Assembly: GCF_009914755.1 (NCBI RefSeq)
Contig: NC_060936.1
Source of the DNA: the human T2T-CHM13v2.0 reference genome, Homo sapiens
Reading direction: 5' to 3' (one strand)
DNA: 64,000 bases
Of this stretch, positions 28,319-42,150 are shown piece by piece. A program made the position numbers and the translations under genes. How positions within the stretch are numbered: the stretch's first letter is position 1; every line of letters starts with the position of its first letter. Below the pieces are notes generated by a model. The model saw only the letters and a program-made list of their open reading frames with translations. It ran no database searches and was not told the origin of the DNA.

Positions 28319-31300
28319 ATGTATGAATCACTTCTCACTTACTTCAATTTATGTTTCTCTTTTCTATTCCTGGTCCAGATTTCCTGACATCGACTGTTGT
28401 TTGCCAGCATCATGAATTCATTTCCTCCCCCATTAACAGTAGAGGCAAAAATAATGTTTCCTTCTTTGTTAAGGTATAAAATCTACACCAAATAGGTCAT
28501 TGATGACTTTTTAAGGGGATTCACAGCCCACAGTGAGAAGCAGCCAACCTGGGCCTAGAGAAATGTGACTGCTTTCTTTCCCAAAGAATCCAGAATGTCT
28601 CTGATTCTAAGAATGGGAAATTGGAGGTTAAAAGCTGCCCATATTTCAGAAGACCATTGAAAAAGAAGTAGTCAAATAAACAGGCGGGGTTAAGGATGTT
28701 AGAGAAAAGACATGATCATAGGCTTTAGCTTTTACCCTTATGTCTCTACAGAAATGTGATTTAATTATTAGTTGCAGCAACTTGTTATGAATAATTTGGA
28801 GTTGGAGGGTGCAAACCTGAAATGTTTTGTCAGAGGGATTTGATATTCCAGGAGTTTCGTGATTTATTTTTCACTAAGTATTATCCCCAGATTCCATTAT
28901 GCAGGAGATAATGATACTGAAGCAATATTTTTATAATAGACTATCTAGCTTTCTCTTAGCTGTGGGGATTAAAGTTTTAATATTTCTCATTTGATTTATT
29001 TTTTGAAATAAGTGTTTTATTGGAACAACAAAGCATATTTCACTAGTTGCTAATCAACATTAAAAAATGTAAGATGATATATGATTAACACTCAGATTGA
29101 GTAAAAGTGCATGTATTGTCTAATAAATGAAAACCAGGAAAATAAATAAAGATATGGACATAAAAGACCCTACATTCCCCTGTTGTCAACTGATATAAAT
29201 GGCTAGCGTGTCTAGCCCTAGCTCTTCTTCAAACTTGAATAGTGCTGACTGCATTTGAATTTTCTTACGAAGAGGAAAATCTTTATGGCATGCATGGGCC
29301 TAAGGGTTCTTTAAAGTTTGAGAACAATGCTGCTTAAAAAGCCAATGCTTTTTAAGCAGTGTCAACTCTTGTTTCTTTCCCCAGTAAGAGAGAGTTCTAT
29401 CTAGAAAGCATTTTTTTTCTAAGTTTCTCATTTCTCCCTAGACTCAATCACAAAAAAATATAAAAATTTCACACCGCTGGAGTACAACCAATGTATGTAA
29501 AAATCCCATTTGTGTCATTCTATGATTAGAAAGATGTTTCACAGCAAGCTTTAATAACAAACTCTAATCTTCTACTCCACCTTCAACCTATATATAATCA
29601 ATTTCTCACAATATTAGATGCTGAAGTTTGATTTTTTTTAAAGAGACTTTAGACGCGTCCCCAGAATAGCACGTCTTGAAGTACATTTAAGTCAAAATAA
29701 ATGTAGTTTCACCAGGTGTGTGAAGTGATTCTTTCACTCTAGTGACAAATGACTTATGGATGGTTAGCGCTGCCATCCATGCAGGCTTGGCATTGATTTG
29801 TATACACTCATGAATTGTCTCCATGGAGAAAATGTACAGAGGTAGCATTTCACTTTTATGTGTTTCATCAAACAGCTTCCAAGTGACAGAGGGAAAGGTA
29901 TGAAAGTTGTTAGGGAAAACATTCTCTATTACCAAGAGGTTGTTTCTTCAGAAGTCAGAGGCTTGTGTGTCCTGTGAAGGGAATACTTAATTAAACCTGT
30001 GCTGCAGAATTCCTTTCAGATAATCAAAGTCTTTATAAAGCCACCTTTGCCTCCTACAAACAAAATTGTCTACAGGTAGCTGCTTATGAGTTATTTTGAC
30101 ATAGAATTAAGGGAACTTTGATTCTAAAATGTATGTTTCTGTGTTTTAATATAAACTATGTAGTATCTGAGACAATCTCAACCAAGAAATACAACTTCAC
30201 ACTTGGGACTGGTGTGAGGTGGTTTGCAGGTTCCAGAAAAATCTCACTTGGGTCTCTTATGGTGCCTGAAGGCTTTCTGCCAAGGGTTTAGTCCCTTGCA
30301 TTAAGGCTTTGTATTTTCAGCCTTTATTAATATGCGCTAAAGCCTGATGGGGTCACATGTTAAGTAATTGTTAATGATGATTCCTTTGAGAGATATTTAT
30401 GTATCAATTATTTGTATGTCTCAAGAGTTATCTGTGAGAGAATGGAAAATCACACTGAATGCCAGGTTTTGTTAGGGGACAAGCAAAATGGCAAAACTAT
30501 AATACTCATACCTCAAGGACTCCAAGGAGCTGAAAGGAAATAGGAGGGTGTTGAGTGTCTTACAAAGGGGAATATTGGAAACAAAGACCATGGAGATAAC
30601 TTTGAGACCTGTTTCACAGTTTTGGTTTGGTCCAAGGTAAGGAAAATATTGAAAAGTTACTTTGACCTGAGGACCTTAGTCTCCTTTCCTCTGAGATACT
30701 TGGGTAAGTGCTTTGATTTGTGGTGTCGAAGAATTATAGGCAGATTGTGCCCTTTTTGTTTTAATACATTCACTCAATTTTATTGCCAAAAAGTTGTTCT
30801 AAGCAAACACCAAAGTCAAAGTACACCATTGAGAATGTGGAGAAAACGTTCAAAAAAGAATGTCCCCCGCTGAAAATGTCTTCTCACAATACTGAGAGTT
30901 GCTTCCGTGCTTTGTTAGGGCATTGAAAGTCGGTGGATTTCAGCTTTGGCTACAGCTCCTCATTTGTATTGATTTAAAGGTCCCAATCTCAGCTCGTTTT
31001 GGAGTGTGTAGTTTTCCTTATTGGCCTCTTAGGAATCACTAAGAGATACTCCTCGACTACATACCTTGTTGCTGTAATTGAAGCTGTTTTGTTGCTATAA
31101 TTCCTTCCTAATGTTGCAGTTTTAGTCAAGTATTCTTTCCCTCTGGAGGCATTAATTATTACCAGTTTTGAAAAGAACTTTGCTTGGTGTGTACATTTTT
31201 GCTTCTGGTGCTAAATCATTTCACTGTTTCCTAGTCTACGTCTAGGAAAAAGGATGTTTCACCTTTTCTCTTTACTGTGCAGCCTACACTATAACCTTCT

Positions 31301-31692
31301 TAAGCACTATAATATAGAGTATCTTTGTCCACCAGTCAGAAAGTCAGCATTCTTCATAGTTTCATGCATTTCACTAATTTGCAGTACCTATCTCAGAATA
31401 GAGGATTTAAATTTAGTTTTATTTGCTATTATCTGTGAAATTATTGGTCACTGGAGTTTATGAGAGCAAATCCCCTTGCTAAGGATTTACCCATGATGTA
31501 CAGCACATCATTTTTAAACAGGTTATTATCCACTGACAAGGACTTCATTCAAATACAAAATTGAAAAGGAGGATATATACTCAAATGTACAGAGTGTTCT
31601 GGGAAATATTCTCTTGTTTGAAGTTAAGTAAGTTTTCCTTCATTTTGTACTGGTAACTATTTCAGATTTTAGACAATTAAATGAATACTTTT

Positions 31693-32075
31693 TGTCTTTG
31701 TACATTTGGGCTGCTATAACAAAATACCATGAACAGGGTGGCTTCTAAACAACAGAAACAAGTTTATCACAGTTCTAGAGTTTAGGAAGTAGAAGATCAA
31801 GGCACCAGGAGTTTTAGTGTCTGGTGAGGGCCTGTTCCTCATAGAGGTCACCTTCTCACTGTGTCTGTCCTTACATGGTGGAAGAGGCAAGATAGCTCTC
31901 TGGGGCCTCTTCCTAAGGGCACTAATCTTTTTCATGAGGGCTCAGCAGCTCTTACGACCTACCAAAGTTGATTACCTTTGGTAATCACCTACCAAAGTCC
32001 CCACCTCCTTGGTAGGTAAAATATGTTGAAACCCTAATACAAATTGTAGGGAACACAAACATTTAGACCTTAGCA
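31693..32075 (-). mobile_element. MLT1A/B-like MaLR LTR
   Basis: gggctgctataacaaaataccat...tcacagttctagag...ctggtgagggcctg. Confidence 0.85.
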
Positions 32076-33315
32076 CTCTATTCTTATCAACTTTCATAAT
32101 CTTTACACACACACACACCTCACCTCTATTTCCAATCAAAGAGGAAAGACTACCTACCTATGGTTTTACAAAAATCTCTGTGCATCTGGAAAGATTTTTG
32201 AAATAAAATTAGTCACCCTTCAGCTAGTTGTTACTGAGTGCCCACACTGAAATATCCTGTTCTAGGCACTGGAGAAAGAGCATTAAGCAAGACAGATAAA
32301 TTCAGAGCTCCCACAGAGCCTGAGTGCTAGAAATTGATCCAGACTTCACTTCTAATTTAAATAGACATTGTTCTTCTTCATCCAATTATTTACTAATGGG
32401 TCTTATATTCTACATCCAATAGGAATAAATTCTCCATAATTAGTGTGCTAATTTGTGTTTTAATCCTTGGAAATATGTAATTTATCCTGAAGTCATCGGC
32501 TTCTGAAAGTAGTACAAGTCCATTTCATTATATAAAACTGAAATACACTGAAATTTATTATTATTTTACTGAACATAAATCAGGAAATGAATTTAATATA
32601 CATTACCTGAGGACTGACATTTCAAGCCCTTAGCCATGTGTTTCAGTAAATGTATTTTCCTGTTCATTTACTGCTTCATTTTGAATCATTGCCTCTGCCC
32701 CAAATGGCTTTTGATGTCTCTCCCTTCAGCCTGGATGAAACCATTTCTTTCCAAGAATGAGAGTTTCTACAAAATAATAGAAAACCTTGGCCTGACCTAT
32801 ACAAAACACTTGCTTATTATCATATTGTGTAGAACTTCAGAGCAGAATTGATGGAAACAGCTTGGTATAGTCTTTTTTTTATTATTTGAAGTTATGTTGT
32901 TTTCTTACAATACAAATAAAAACATGTAATAGTAACTCCTCATGTTTTTATGAACATTTTGCCACTAACTTTGACATTCTCAATTATTTTATTGATTCCA
33001 GTGTATTCATGTATACATGTATTTGATTTATACATTATTGTGTAATTTTTAAGGAGTTTTGCATTGACAGCTTGATGCAAACAACTGTGTATCTCCAAAC
33101 TTACAACAAAAATATAAAACACTGGCTTCCCTACATAGAAATCCATGCTGAAAGAACATTTGAATAATATTGGTAAAAAAAAAAAGTTAATTTCCAATGT
33201 TGGGCAATAATTATTAATACTTGCCAGAGTAACCCAAAGAATATCAGTGAGTTCTCCATTCTGTTGCAGATTTTCTCTCTGACATAAATGTCATCTGTGT
33301 GTGTTGTTCTCTCAG

Positions 33316-33414
33316 GAGGTCGAGTTGTGTCGTGTTAGCAGTCAAGAGAAGCTGGGCCTGACAGTCTGTTACCGAACAGATGATGAAGAAGACACCGGCA
33401 TTTATGTCAGCGAG
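33316..33414 (+). CDS. PDZRN4: PDZRN4 internal coding exon (99 nt; [33 protein letters not shown]), start of a PDZ domain
   Basis: Acceptor tgttctctcAG (33314-33315) and donor GAG|GTAAGA; 33 open codons; EKLGL carboxylate-binding loop and GIYV strand typical of the LNX3/4 second PDZ domain. Confidence 0.96.
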
Positions 33415-33911
33415 GTAAGAAACGCCATGGAGGGGAAATTCGAGGAGGGAGACTAGGAAGAACAGAGCGAAATGACTCACAATGAGAAAACCCTTCCTTC
33501 AGAGGCTTGAATGTGAAGAATTGGAGTTGGCCATGTTCCAAAACGTGTCACCTTCAATTAGGAAAGTAAATTATTCTGCCCAAGTAATGTAATTATTATG
33601 AGCTTGTTTAATGTGAATACTTTCACCCCAGAATCCCAGCAAGGAAAAGTGCAAAAGTGGTAACATTGTCCAAATTTGAATAAATTCCCATAAGAATGCA
33701 GCAAGTCCAGCAAAGTTTTTGATCCTCAAACATCTGTCCTTCCATTCTACTGTGTCTTTTATGAGTTCTATTAACAGTAGCACTGGCTAATTGTTTTAAA
33801 TTACTACTCACAATAATCACATCTTTTACTCTGCTGATGGCATTGATACAGTTGAATACCCAATGAGTGCATCTGTTAGTTTGTTTTATTCAACCCCGCA
33901 AGTGAGATTCC

Positions 33912-33944
33912 ACACTTGATCTTAGGCAAAGGCCAAGAAGCAAT
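33912..33944 (-). pseudogene. 3'-truncated (tailless) U2 snRNA retropseudogene, about U2 nt 1-34
   Basis: Reverse complement ATTGCTTCTTGGCCTTTGCCTAAGATCAAGTGT versus the U2 5' end ATCGCTTCTCGGCCTTTTGGCTAAGATCAAGTGT; flanked by a 15-bp imperfect TSD (ccgcaagtgagattc 33896-33910 / gcacaagtgagagtc 33945-33959). Confidence 0.9.
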
Positions 33945-34092
33945 GCACAAGTGAGAGTCTAAAATGCGAGATACTGTTAGTGTTCATTCCTTTTAAAGAC
34001 TGTGAAGCAAATTGTATTACAAGAGATGATTTTTTAAAACTCGCAAAAAGCATTATTTTATGTGAAGTGGGAAGGAATGTTTTTAAAAATTA

Positions 34093-34385
34093 AGGCTGGG
34101 CACAGTGGCTTATGCCTATAAACCCTGCACTTTGAGAAGCCGAGACAGGAAGATTGCCTATGGCCAGGAGTTTGACCCTGTCTCTACAAAAAAAAAAAAA
34201 ATATTTAGTCAGTCATGGTGGCATATGCCGGTAGTCCTAACTACTCAGGAGGCTTTGGCAATAGGATAGCTTGAGCACAGTAATTCGATGTTACGGTGAG
34301 CTATGATTGTGCCACTGCACTCCAGTGCAGTGACACAATGAGTGACAGAATGAGACCCTGTCTCTAAATATAAATAAATTAAAAT
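34093..34385 (+). mobile_element. AluJ with an internal deletion and a palindromic insertion
   Basis: AluJ diagnostics (ggaagattgc, gagctatgattgtgccactgcac); left arm lacks the accagcctgggcaaca segment. Confidence 0.9.
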
Positions 34386-35586
34386 TAAATATGCTTATGA
34401 TAAAAAATTACATACTTATATGTGAAAAACATATGTGTACATATGTTTATATATAAATGCAGAAGTTAGACAAACTAGATACTAATTGCTGCTCTATGCT
34501 GTTCTGAGTTTTCTTGGCCATAATCTTGAAAACGTTACCTAAATATACTGAGCTTCAGCTTTCTCAACTACAAGGTGAGTACAACAGTGCTTATCTTATT
34601 GTTTTGATAGACCTGCTTAGAATGTGGAAGAGATAATGTAATTAATGCATTTAGAAAACAACACAACTCTGTAAGTGTAAAATATTACTCTTTATCCCTC
34701 TGCCAAAAAATTTACTGACCGGCTTCTGCGATGGAAAAATCTCCAGATAATATTCAACTTATGTACTTCTTTTAAATATGCAATTAGGATAATTCCTCTG
34801 ATTAGGGTGAGGAAGTATAAGGAAACACCTGTGGCATTATCTCTTGTAATATGTACAGAGATAGGAAGGTAGAAGTTTAATATTAGTTTGATTACAGTTC
34901 TAAAGATGAGGCTTTAGATTGTGAGTGGTTTTTAAATGGGATACAGTTCATGAATCACCCTTCACTTCCTTCTAGTAAGTCTCTATTTACTATTTAAATA
35001 TGTCAGAATTGGAGCTGCACTTTTCAGGGAAGGGAAAGAAGCCACAGGATCTGAACATATGTACTTGGAAGGAATGTTTTCCTTTTACCTCTTACATGTA
35101 ATTATAGTGTCACTTATTCTTGATTGATGATTTAAGACTCAATTATTAGGTGGCACCCATAATAAGAAAGTAATATCTAACATATGGATAGGATGGATCA
35201 ACCTTATGCTACACTTGAAACAGTTTGCTTAAAAAAAAAAAGCTTTGATGCAACAAGCCTAAATAAAGTTTGAAGCCATCACATGAAATCTGATAGATGA
35301 AATTACCCGCAGTGAACTGTAAGTCATCACTCAAGTTTAGCCCATTAAAATGCTGATAAGCTCCTAATACAGCCTTAAATATCTATACATTCTAAAATAG
35401 TTTATAGTTAATATACTTTACCCCACATGTAAAGTAGTACTGAGTAATTAAATGCATGGATCAGATGTGCGTGTGTGTGTATGTGTGTGTGTGTGTGTGT
35501 TTCTTGAGCAATATAGGTTGTAAATGTCTTTATATATAAATTAATGTGCCCATGAGACATAATTCTCTTTAATAAGTATGGTCTTG

Positions 35587-36016
<430 letters not shown>

Positions 36017-36363
36017 TCAACTGAAGATCATGTGACAGTTGGGATACAGAAATGAGTGAACAAATGTGAAAAAAAAAAAGAATGAAGGGAAAAAGGAAAG
36101 AAGAAATAGAGAAAGGGTGGAAAACTGGTCTTCAGATTAAGTTCTGCTCTAGTCCTCACAATTTTATTCATGTTCATTCTAAAATAGCTCATTTACATTT
36201 TTAGAATCAATGAGTTTTGTTGGAGAGAAACATTATGTATACTGTCACAAATCAACAGAGAATTTTGAAACAGCTTTTTCAAAATATATTTTAAAGCCAT
36301 ATTTTTAAGTTCTTGAGGGAATGTTTCATACCCAGTTGAAGATGTATGTCCTCTTCATTACAG

Positions 36364-36426
36364 GTTGACCCAAATAGCATTGCTGCCAAAGACGGCCGGA
36401 TTCGAGAAGGGGATCGGATTTTGCAA
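36364..36426 (+). CDS. PDZRN4: PDZRN4 internal coding exon (63 nt; [21 protein letters not shown]), PDZ core
   Basis: Acceptor cctcttcattacAG and donor CAA|GTAGGT; classic PDZ motif A-x-x-DGR-I-x-x-GD-x-IL; phase 0 both sides. Confidence 0.96.
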
Positions 36427-36619
36427 GTAGGTGGTATAGTAATTTCCTTTAGTTCCCCACGATCTGTCCAAAGTTACTATTTTACTTTGTTTCTTGTAAA
36501 CTGTTGAGAAAAGAATTTGTCTTTGCTTTTGGATACTAACATCTACAAAACCAAAAAAAAAAAGTGCTGTCATTTAAAACTAATTTAGGATGGTGCGATA
36601 TATTAAGAGTGATTAGCTA

Positions 36620-36850
36620 ATAATTAGTGGTTCAAATACCATCTCTGGAGTCAAATTTGACTTCTCTTCCAGCTTCACCATTTGCTTGGCACACTGCATA
36701 ACCTCCTCTCATCCTAAGCTTTATTTCCTCATCTTAAAAAAATGGTAATAATAACCTATTGTTGTTGTGAATGTGAAATGAGATTATGCTTGCCATACGC
36801 TTAACACAGTGCATAAGTAGTTAATAAATATTAATGGCTATTATTACTAG
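36620..36850 (+). mobile_element. MIR SINE
   Basis: tctggagtca...tttcctcatcttaaaaaaatggtaataataacc...aaatgagattat. Confidence 0.75.
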
Positions 36851-36951
36851 CAGCAGCAGTTATTGCTGCCTTTTCCAGAATAAATTAAGTGAACATGGAT
36901 CTAGATGTTCCTTTGCTATATGAAAGTCTAGAAGTTTGAAGGTGCCAACTA

Positions 36952-37282
36952 CAGTCATGAGTCACTTAATATGTTTTGAGAAATGTCATTAGATGATTTC
37001 CGGGTTGTGCAAACATTGGAGAGTGTACTTACACAGACCTAGATGGTACAGCCTACTACACACACACTTAGGCTAGCTGGCGTAGCCTACTCTTCCTAGG
37101 TTACAAATCTGTACAGCATGTTACTGCACTAAATACTATAGGTAATTGTGACACAATGGTAAGTCTTTATGTATCTAAACGTAGAAAAGGTATAGTAAAA
37201 GCATGCTATTATAATCTTATGGGCCCATTGATGTATCTACAGTCCATTGTTGACTGAAAAGCTGTTGTGTAGTGCACTACTG
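36952..37282 (+). mobile_element. Tigger3a-like DNA transposon (TcMar-Tigger)
   Basis: cagtcatg...agagtgtacttacacagacctagatggtacagcctactacacac...actg, flanked by TA on both sides. Confidence 0.88.
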
Positions 37283-37533
37283 TATTTACCAATGAGTTGC
37301 TGGGAGATGAAGGAGAATATGTTTTATTCCCCACATGGAAATGTGGAAACATAGAGACTGATTACATTTCAGCTTTATGCAAGAGATAGTAAGCAGACTG
37401 TAGGAGGGATGTGAGGCTGGAAAGAGTTTTAGGCCAAATCAGGAATAGCTGAAAGCCAGTTTCTATCCTAAACCTGCCTTCACCTGCTTGCTCTCTCCTT
37501 TCTGAGTCCTCTCCCATAAAGAATGGCTGCAGG

Positions 37534-37996
<463 letters not shown>

Positions 37997-40369
37997 TTAA
38001 AACGTCACTGCCACTGTTTCAGAGCTACTATTTCTCCTTGTTGGATACAGACCCTTGGAGAGTGTTTTTTTGGATTCCACACTTTTGGAATCCGAAAACC
38101 AGGGTTTCAAAAATAGACAAGATGTTGTCCCAGCATTTGGAGCACACCATCTCTGTTTAGGAAGACAGGAACATACACAGATGATTACAGTACAGCATGA
38201 CACTGTCATGGTAACACTCTGCCTGCGTGGCCTGGGCACATGTCCTGCCCAACTTTCTGCAGTTCTCTCCCTTGTTCAGGACAACACTCATGGAATCACA
38301 CCATCTCCTCACCGCCTGTTCTTCCTCTAGCTAGATAGTGCAGAGCTCCTTTTTTTTTTTTAACCGTGGACCTTCTGTTAAGGCTCCAAACAGGAAAGAA
38401 TACAAAGTGTGAATTAATGATCGTTTGGGGTCCCACTAGTTTTCAGAAAACCTCAAGAACATAATTTCTCCTTCAGTGAGCTCCCGAAATAGTGATCTAT
38501 AGTAAACAAAATGGAACTACGTCTATCATACACAGGGGAATGAAAAGTGGACCAGGAAGCCAAGACATAGTCTTGTTGACCACTGCATTTCTGTCATCTT
38601 TAACACATGCACATGAATAAATCAATGAATGAAACCAGGGTATTCAGTGGAGAGAATGATAGGGTAGATGAGTAACATCTGTTGAAAGGCTTTGCTTGTA
38701 CAGCTTCGTTAAGAAATTAAAGGGACCATTTTCGTGTGTCATCCAGATAACAAAAGCTTCAAAAGTGTTTTACTATTTTTTAAATTTTGAAATAATTTTA
38801 AACGTATTGTTCACTTTGTTAACATCTCCAGTAAAATATACTGAAAATAATGTAATCTTCTGATGCTCAGAGTCACGTTACATCCAGCATTCATTCCACA
38901 ATACTATAATAGAGTAAAATGCTCAGTGATTGGAAAGTCTGGAAGATCTGTGCCCCAACATGAAATGACCTTATTTGGATACACTTGCAGATGCATTAGG
39001 TCTATATTGTGTCATTTTTCTTACTCCTCCCTTGCTGTTGCCAGCTGGTACTTCTTCCTCTTGCCATCTACTTCATATCCCATACCTCCTACTGTACCTG
39101 GCACCCTTCCTAGTTCCCAGCTAACCCCTCTTCCCTAGGCTAGATACACAAATACAGTTATTAAAATTTCATTCATTTGTTCTGTGGGTATAGTTGGATG
39201 GAAATAAAGTGCATGTGTTTCCATACATGCATACTGTATGTTATGACACTTCCAAATCCTTAGGGATATTGTGGGCAGGTAAGTTTTTAGAGAAAATACC
39301 TGCTAGATAATAAAGCATTTCTTAATGGTCTAGATTCACTAAGGAAACAATAGCAGGATGTTAAAGTGCTGTTTTCCGCCTGATTACTTTATATTCTGTG
39401 ACAAATATGTCACACTTAATACATGTCCCAGTAAAAAAACCTGGAATACAATTCTGTTTGCACACATAGGAAACAAAGAGTCTTAAGGGTGATTATGAAA
39501 TTATATTAAGTAAAACTCTGACAAAATTGTACCCAGAGACAAATAGCTCCCTTATGGTTGATGAGGAGATTATGGGATACCCTGTAATGAGCAGTTAATG
39601 ACTCCTTTCCCAGAGAGATGAGAGTGAGAAAAACAGAGGATTTACTTCTTATCCTTAAGGTTTCTTGGATGACTTTTATTTAAATGAATCCCTTTAGAGC
39701 AATTGTGATTTTAATTTTCTGTTCATTTGACCTAAGTAAAGTATGTCAATGGCCCTGCCCTCACTGTGTAGCCAAACTTTTCTTAATGTAGCACACCATG
39801 GGCCTGTAGGTGAACTCACCCAATGACATCTCACTCACACACACATACATACACACACACACACACACACGTGCTGTCACACAAAGGGGATTGTTATAGA
39901 GTAGGGATTGTGCAGAAGAGAAACCAGGAACCAACTTCCTGAGAATAGTTGTGGTTCTCCTGTGTTTTTAGTCTGCAAGGAAAGTTCTTCCTTTTCATTC
40001 CTTCACAGTTCTGTCTGCTGTGTCATTGCCAGGGACTTATATCAAATGTCTCCAGGAATTAATTTGGGGACATTCTCTCACAAAATTGCAGTGCTGAATA
40101 TGGCATTTCTGAATCAGATAACAAGAGTAAAAGACCACATATATGACCAGCTTTCCAAGGAGTTTCCAAGGAGAGAATGCTATATTCTCCTTTTCTCCTT
40201 GGGATGGTAAACCTGTAATATTCCATGTAAGCCTCCTAATCTCATGTTGGCCAAAACTCAATAACGTTCCTAAGGATGACTTCCTGACGAAACTTTACAA
40301 GAACTCAGTGAAACAACAGGACTTCTAATGAGCTCTCTCTTCATTTCTCTGTTCTACACATAAACTCGT

Positions 40370-40732
40370 TGATATGGTTTAACTATGTCCCCACCCAAAT
40401 CTCATCTTGAATTATAGTTCCCATAATCCCTATGTGTGGTGGGAGGGACCCAGTGTTAGGTAATTGAATCATGGGGGCGGTTACTCCCATGCTGTTCTCG
40501 TGATAGTGAGTGAGTTCTTTCAAGATCTGATGGTTTTATAATGGGCTTTTTTCCCTTTGCTCAGCACTCATTCTCTCTCCTGCCACCCTGTGAAGAGGTG
40601 CCTTCTTCCATGATTGTAAGTTTCCTAAGGCCTCCCCAGTCATGCAGAACTGTGAACCAATTAATCCTCTTTTCTTTGTAAATTACCCAGTCTCAGGTAT
40701 TTCTTTATAGCAGCATGAGAACAAACTAATAC
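40370..40732 (+). mobile_element. THE1D-like MaLR solo LTR
   Basis: tgatatggttt...ccccacccaaatctcatcttgaatt...ggtaattgaatcatgggggcggttac...aattacccagtctcaggtatttctttatagcagc. Confidence 0.92.
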
Positions 40733-41989
40733 CCTGGTTCTCATATTCTTTTATTTTCTTCCCTTTGGATATTTCCTCCCTATTTCTGTTTTTTCCGCAT
40801 CTATGTCTCTAGACTTTGATCACCTCCTTTGTCTCCATACTAAAATATAAACACATTTGAAATAAATCTTTTCTTATTGCCTAAGATTCTTGATGGTTGG
40901 ATGTCAAGAATTTGAGTTGCCCACCTACCTCTGGTACAATAATAGAAAAAACCTAGATATTGGTATATGGAAGAGAAAAGCTATATTACATCTCATTTCT
41001 AAGCTTTTAGGGCTTTACACACACACATACAAAACACACTCATACACACATACAGGAGATTGGGCCTAAAGTGAGATTTTGACAGATCTATCCATATAAG
41101 TACCACAGATCTCTTCTTAGCCAAGGCAATATCCATTTTGAAACTAACATTTACATATGGCCATGTAAAGAAAATGAGACAGTTATGTTAACAAAACTTA
41201 CCTGCTGTCTTTCTCTTGGTTCTCTTTCCCTCTATTTTCCTAAAGTGGAAGTCCTCCATTAAGCTATGTGACGTGACTACTCATCTGTCTCCCTCCCTTA
41301 TTGCTGGGTCCTCCACTTCCATGTCTGCCTGGTATTTTCCTGGCACAGCAGGCTGCATTCCCACAAACAATCCTGTAACTGTAAACCATTATTTCAGGAC
41401 CAAGAGCAACCGAAGGTTGAAAGCTCTATCTGATTCTGTTCCTCAATTCTTTTCATTCCTTGAGAGGTATCTTTGCTGAAACCCATGGCTACATTTCTTG
41501 CCCCAGTATCAGTTTGGGTGTAAAACTAATGTCCTGAGTACAATAGCATCTACCAACCGGTTGGCTAAAGTGTGGCACTTATTTTCTAAAAGAAACAATA
41601 AATTACATTTTAATGACAGATTTCTGTGTCAGTGATTTCATCCCAGGTACGATCCTGAAGGTAGAAGTGTTTCTGCAAGAAATGATCTGTTGCCCCAAAG
41701 TAAGAACTAATTGTTGCCAGGACCAGAGACCATAGCTCTGGTCATAATGAGTTCTCAGGGGAGAGAAATGAATACCAACTGTAAAGAAACTAAAAGGCAA
41801 AAAACCCCATTGTTTCCTGATGGTCCTCTAAGAGTTAGAAATACATATGAGGTAGATATCTTTTAAAATAAAACCATGTTTACTACTATGCATTTAATAA
41901 CCTTCTATAAATTTCACTTTATTTGCTTTATTTAGCACGAAAGAGTCTTGTCTTTACTAAGGATTAAAATGTAAATGATGATAGTAATA

Positions 41990-42150
41990 ACAACAATAAC
42001 AATAGCATCAACAGTAATATGTGCCAGCATTGAAGACATTCTATGTACCAGGCACTATTTAAGATTTTTACCTGTATCGACTCATGTAATCCTTATAAAG
42101 ACCCTCTGAGAAAGGCACTATTATTATATGCATTTTAAGATAGCAAACTT
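41990..42150 (-). mobile_element. MIR SINE
   Basis: ctatgtaccaggcactat...actcatgtaatccttat...ctattatt. Confidence 0.75.

Noticed and set aside
30278-30350. Possible long hairpin or pre-miRNA
   Set aside because: Only short patches (aaggct/agcctt, tttag/ctaaa) pair; too imperfect to support
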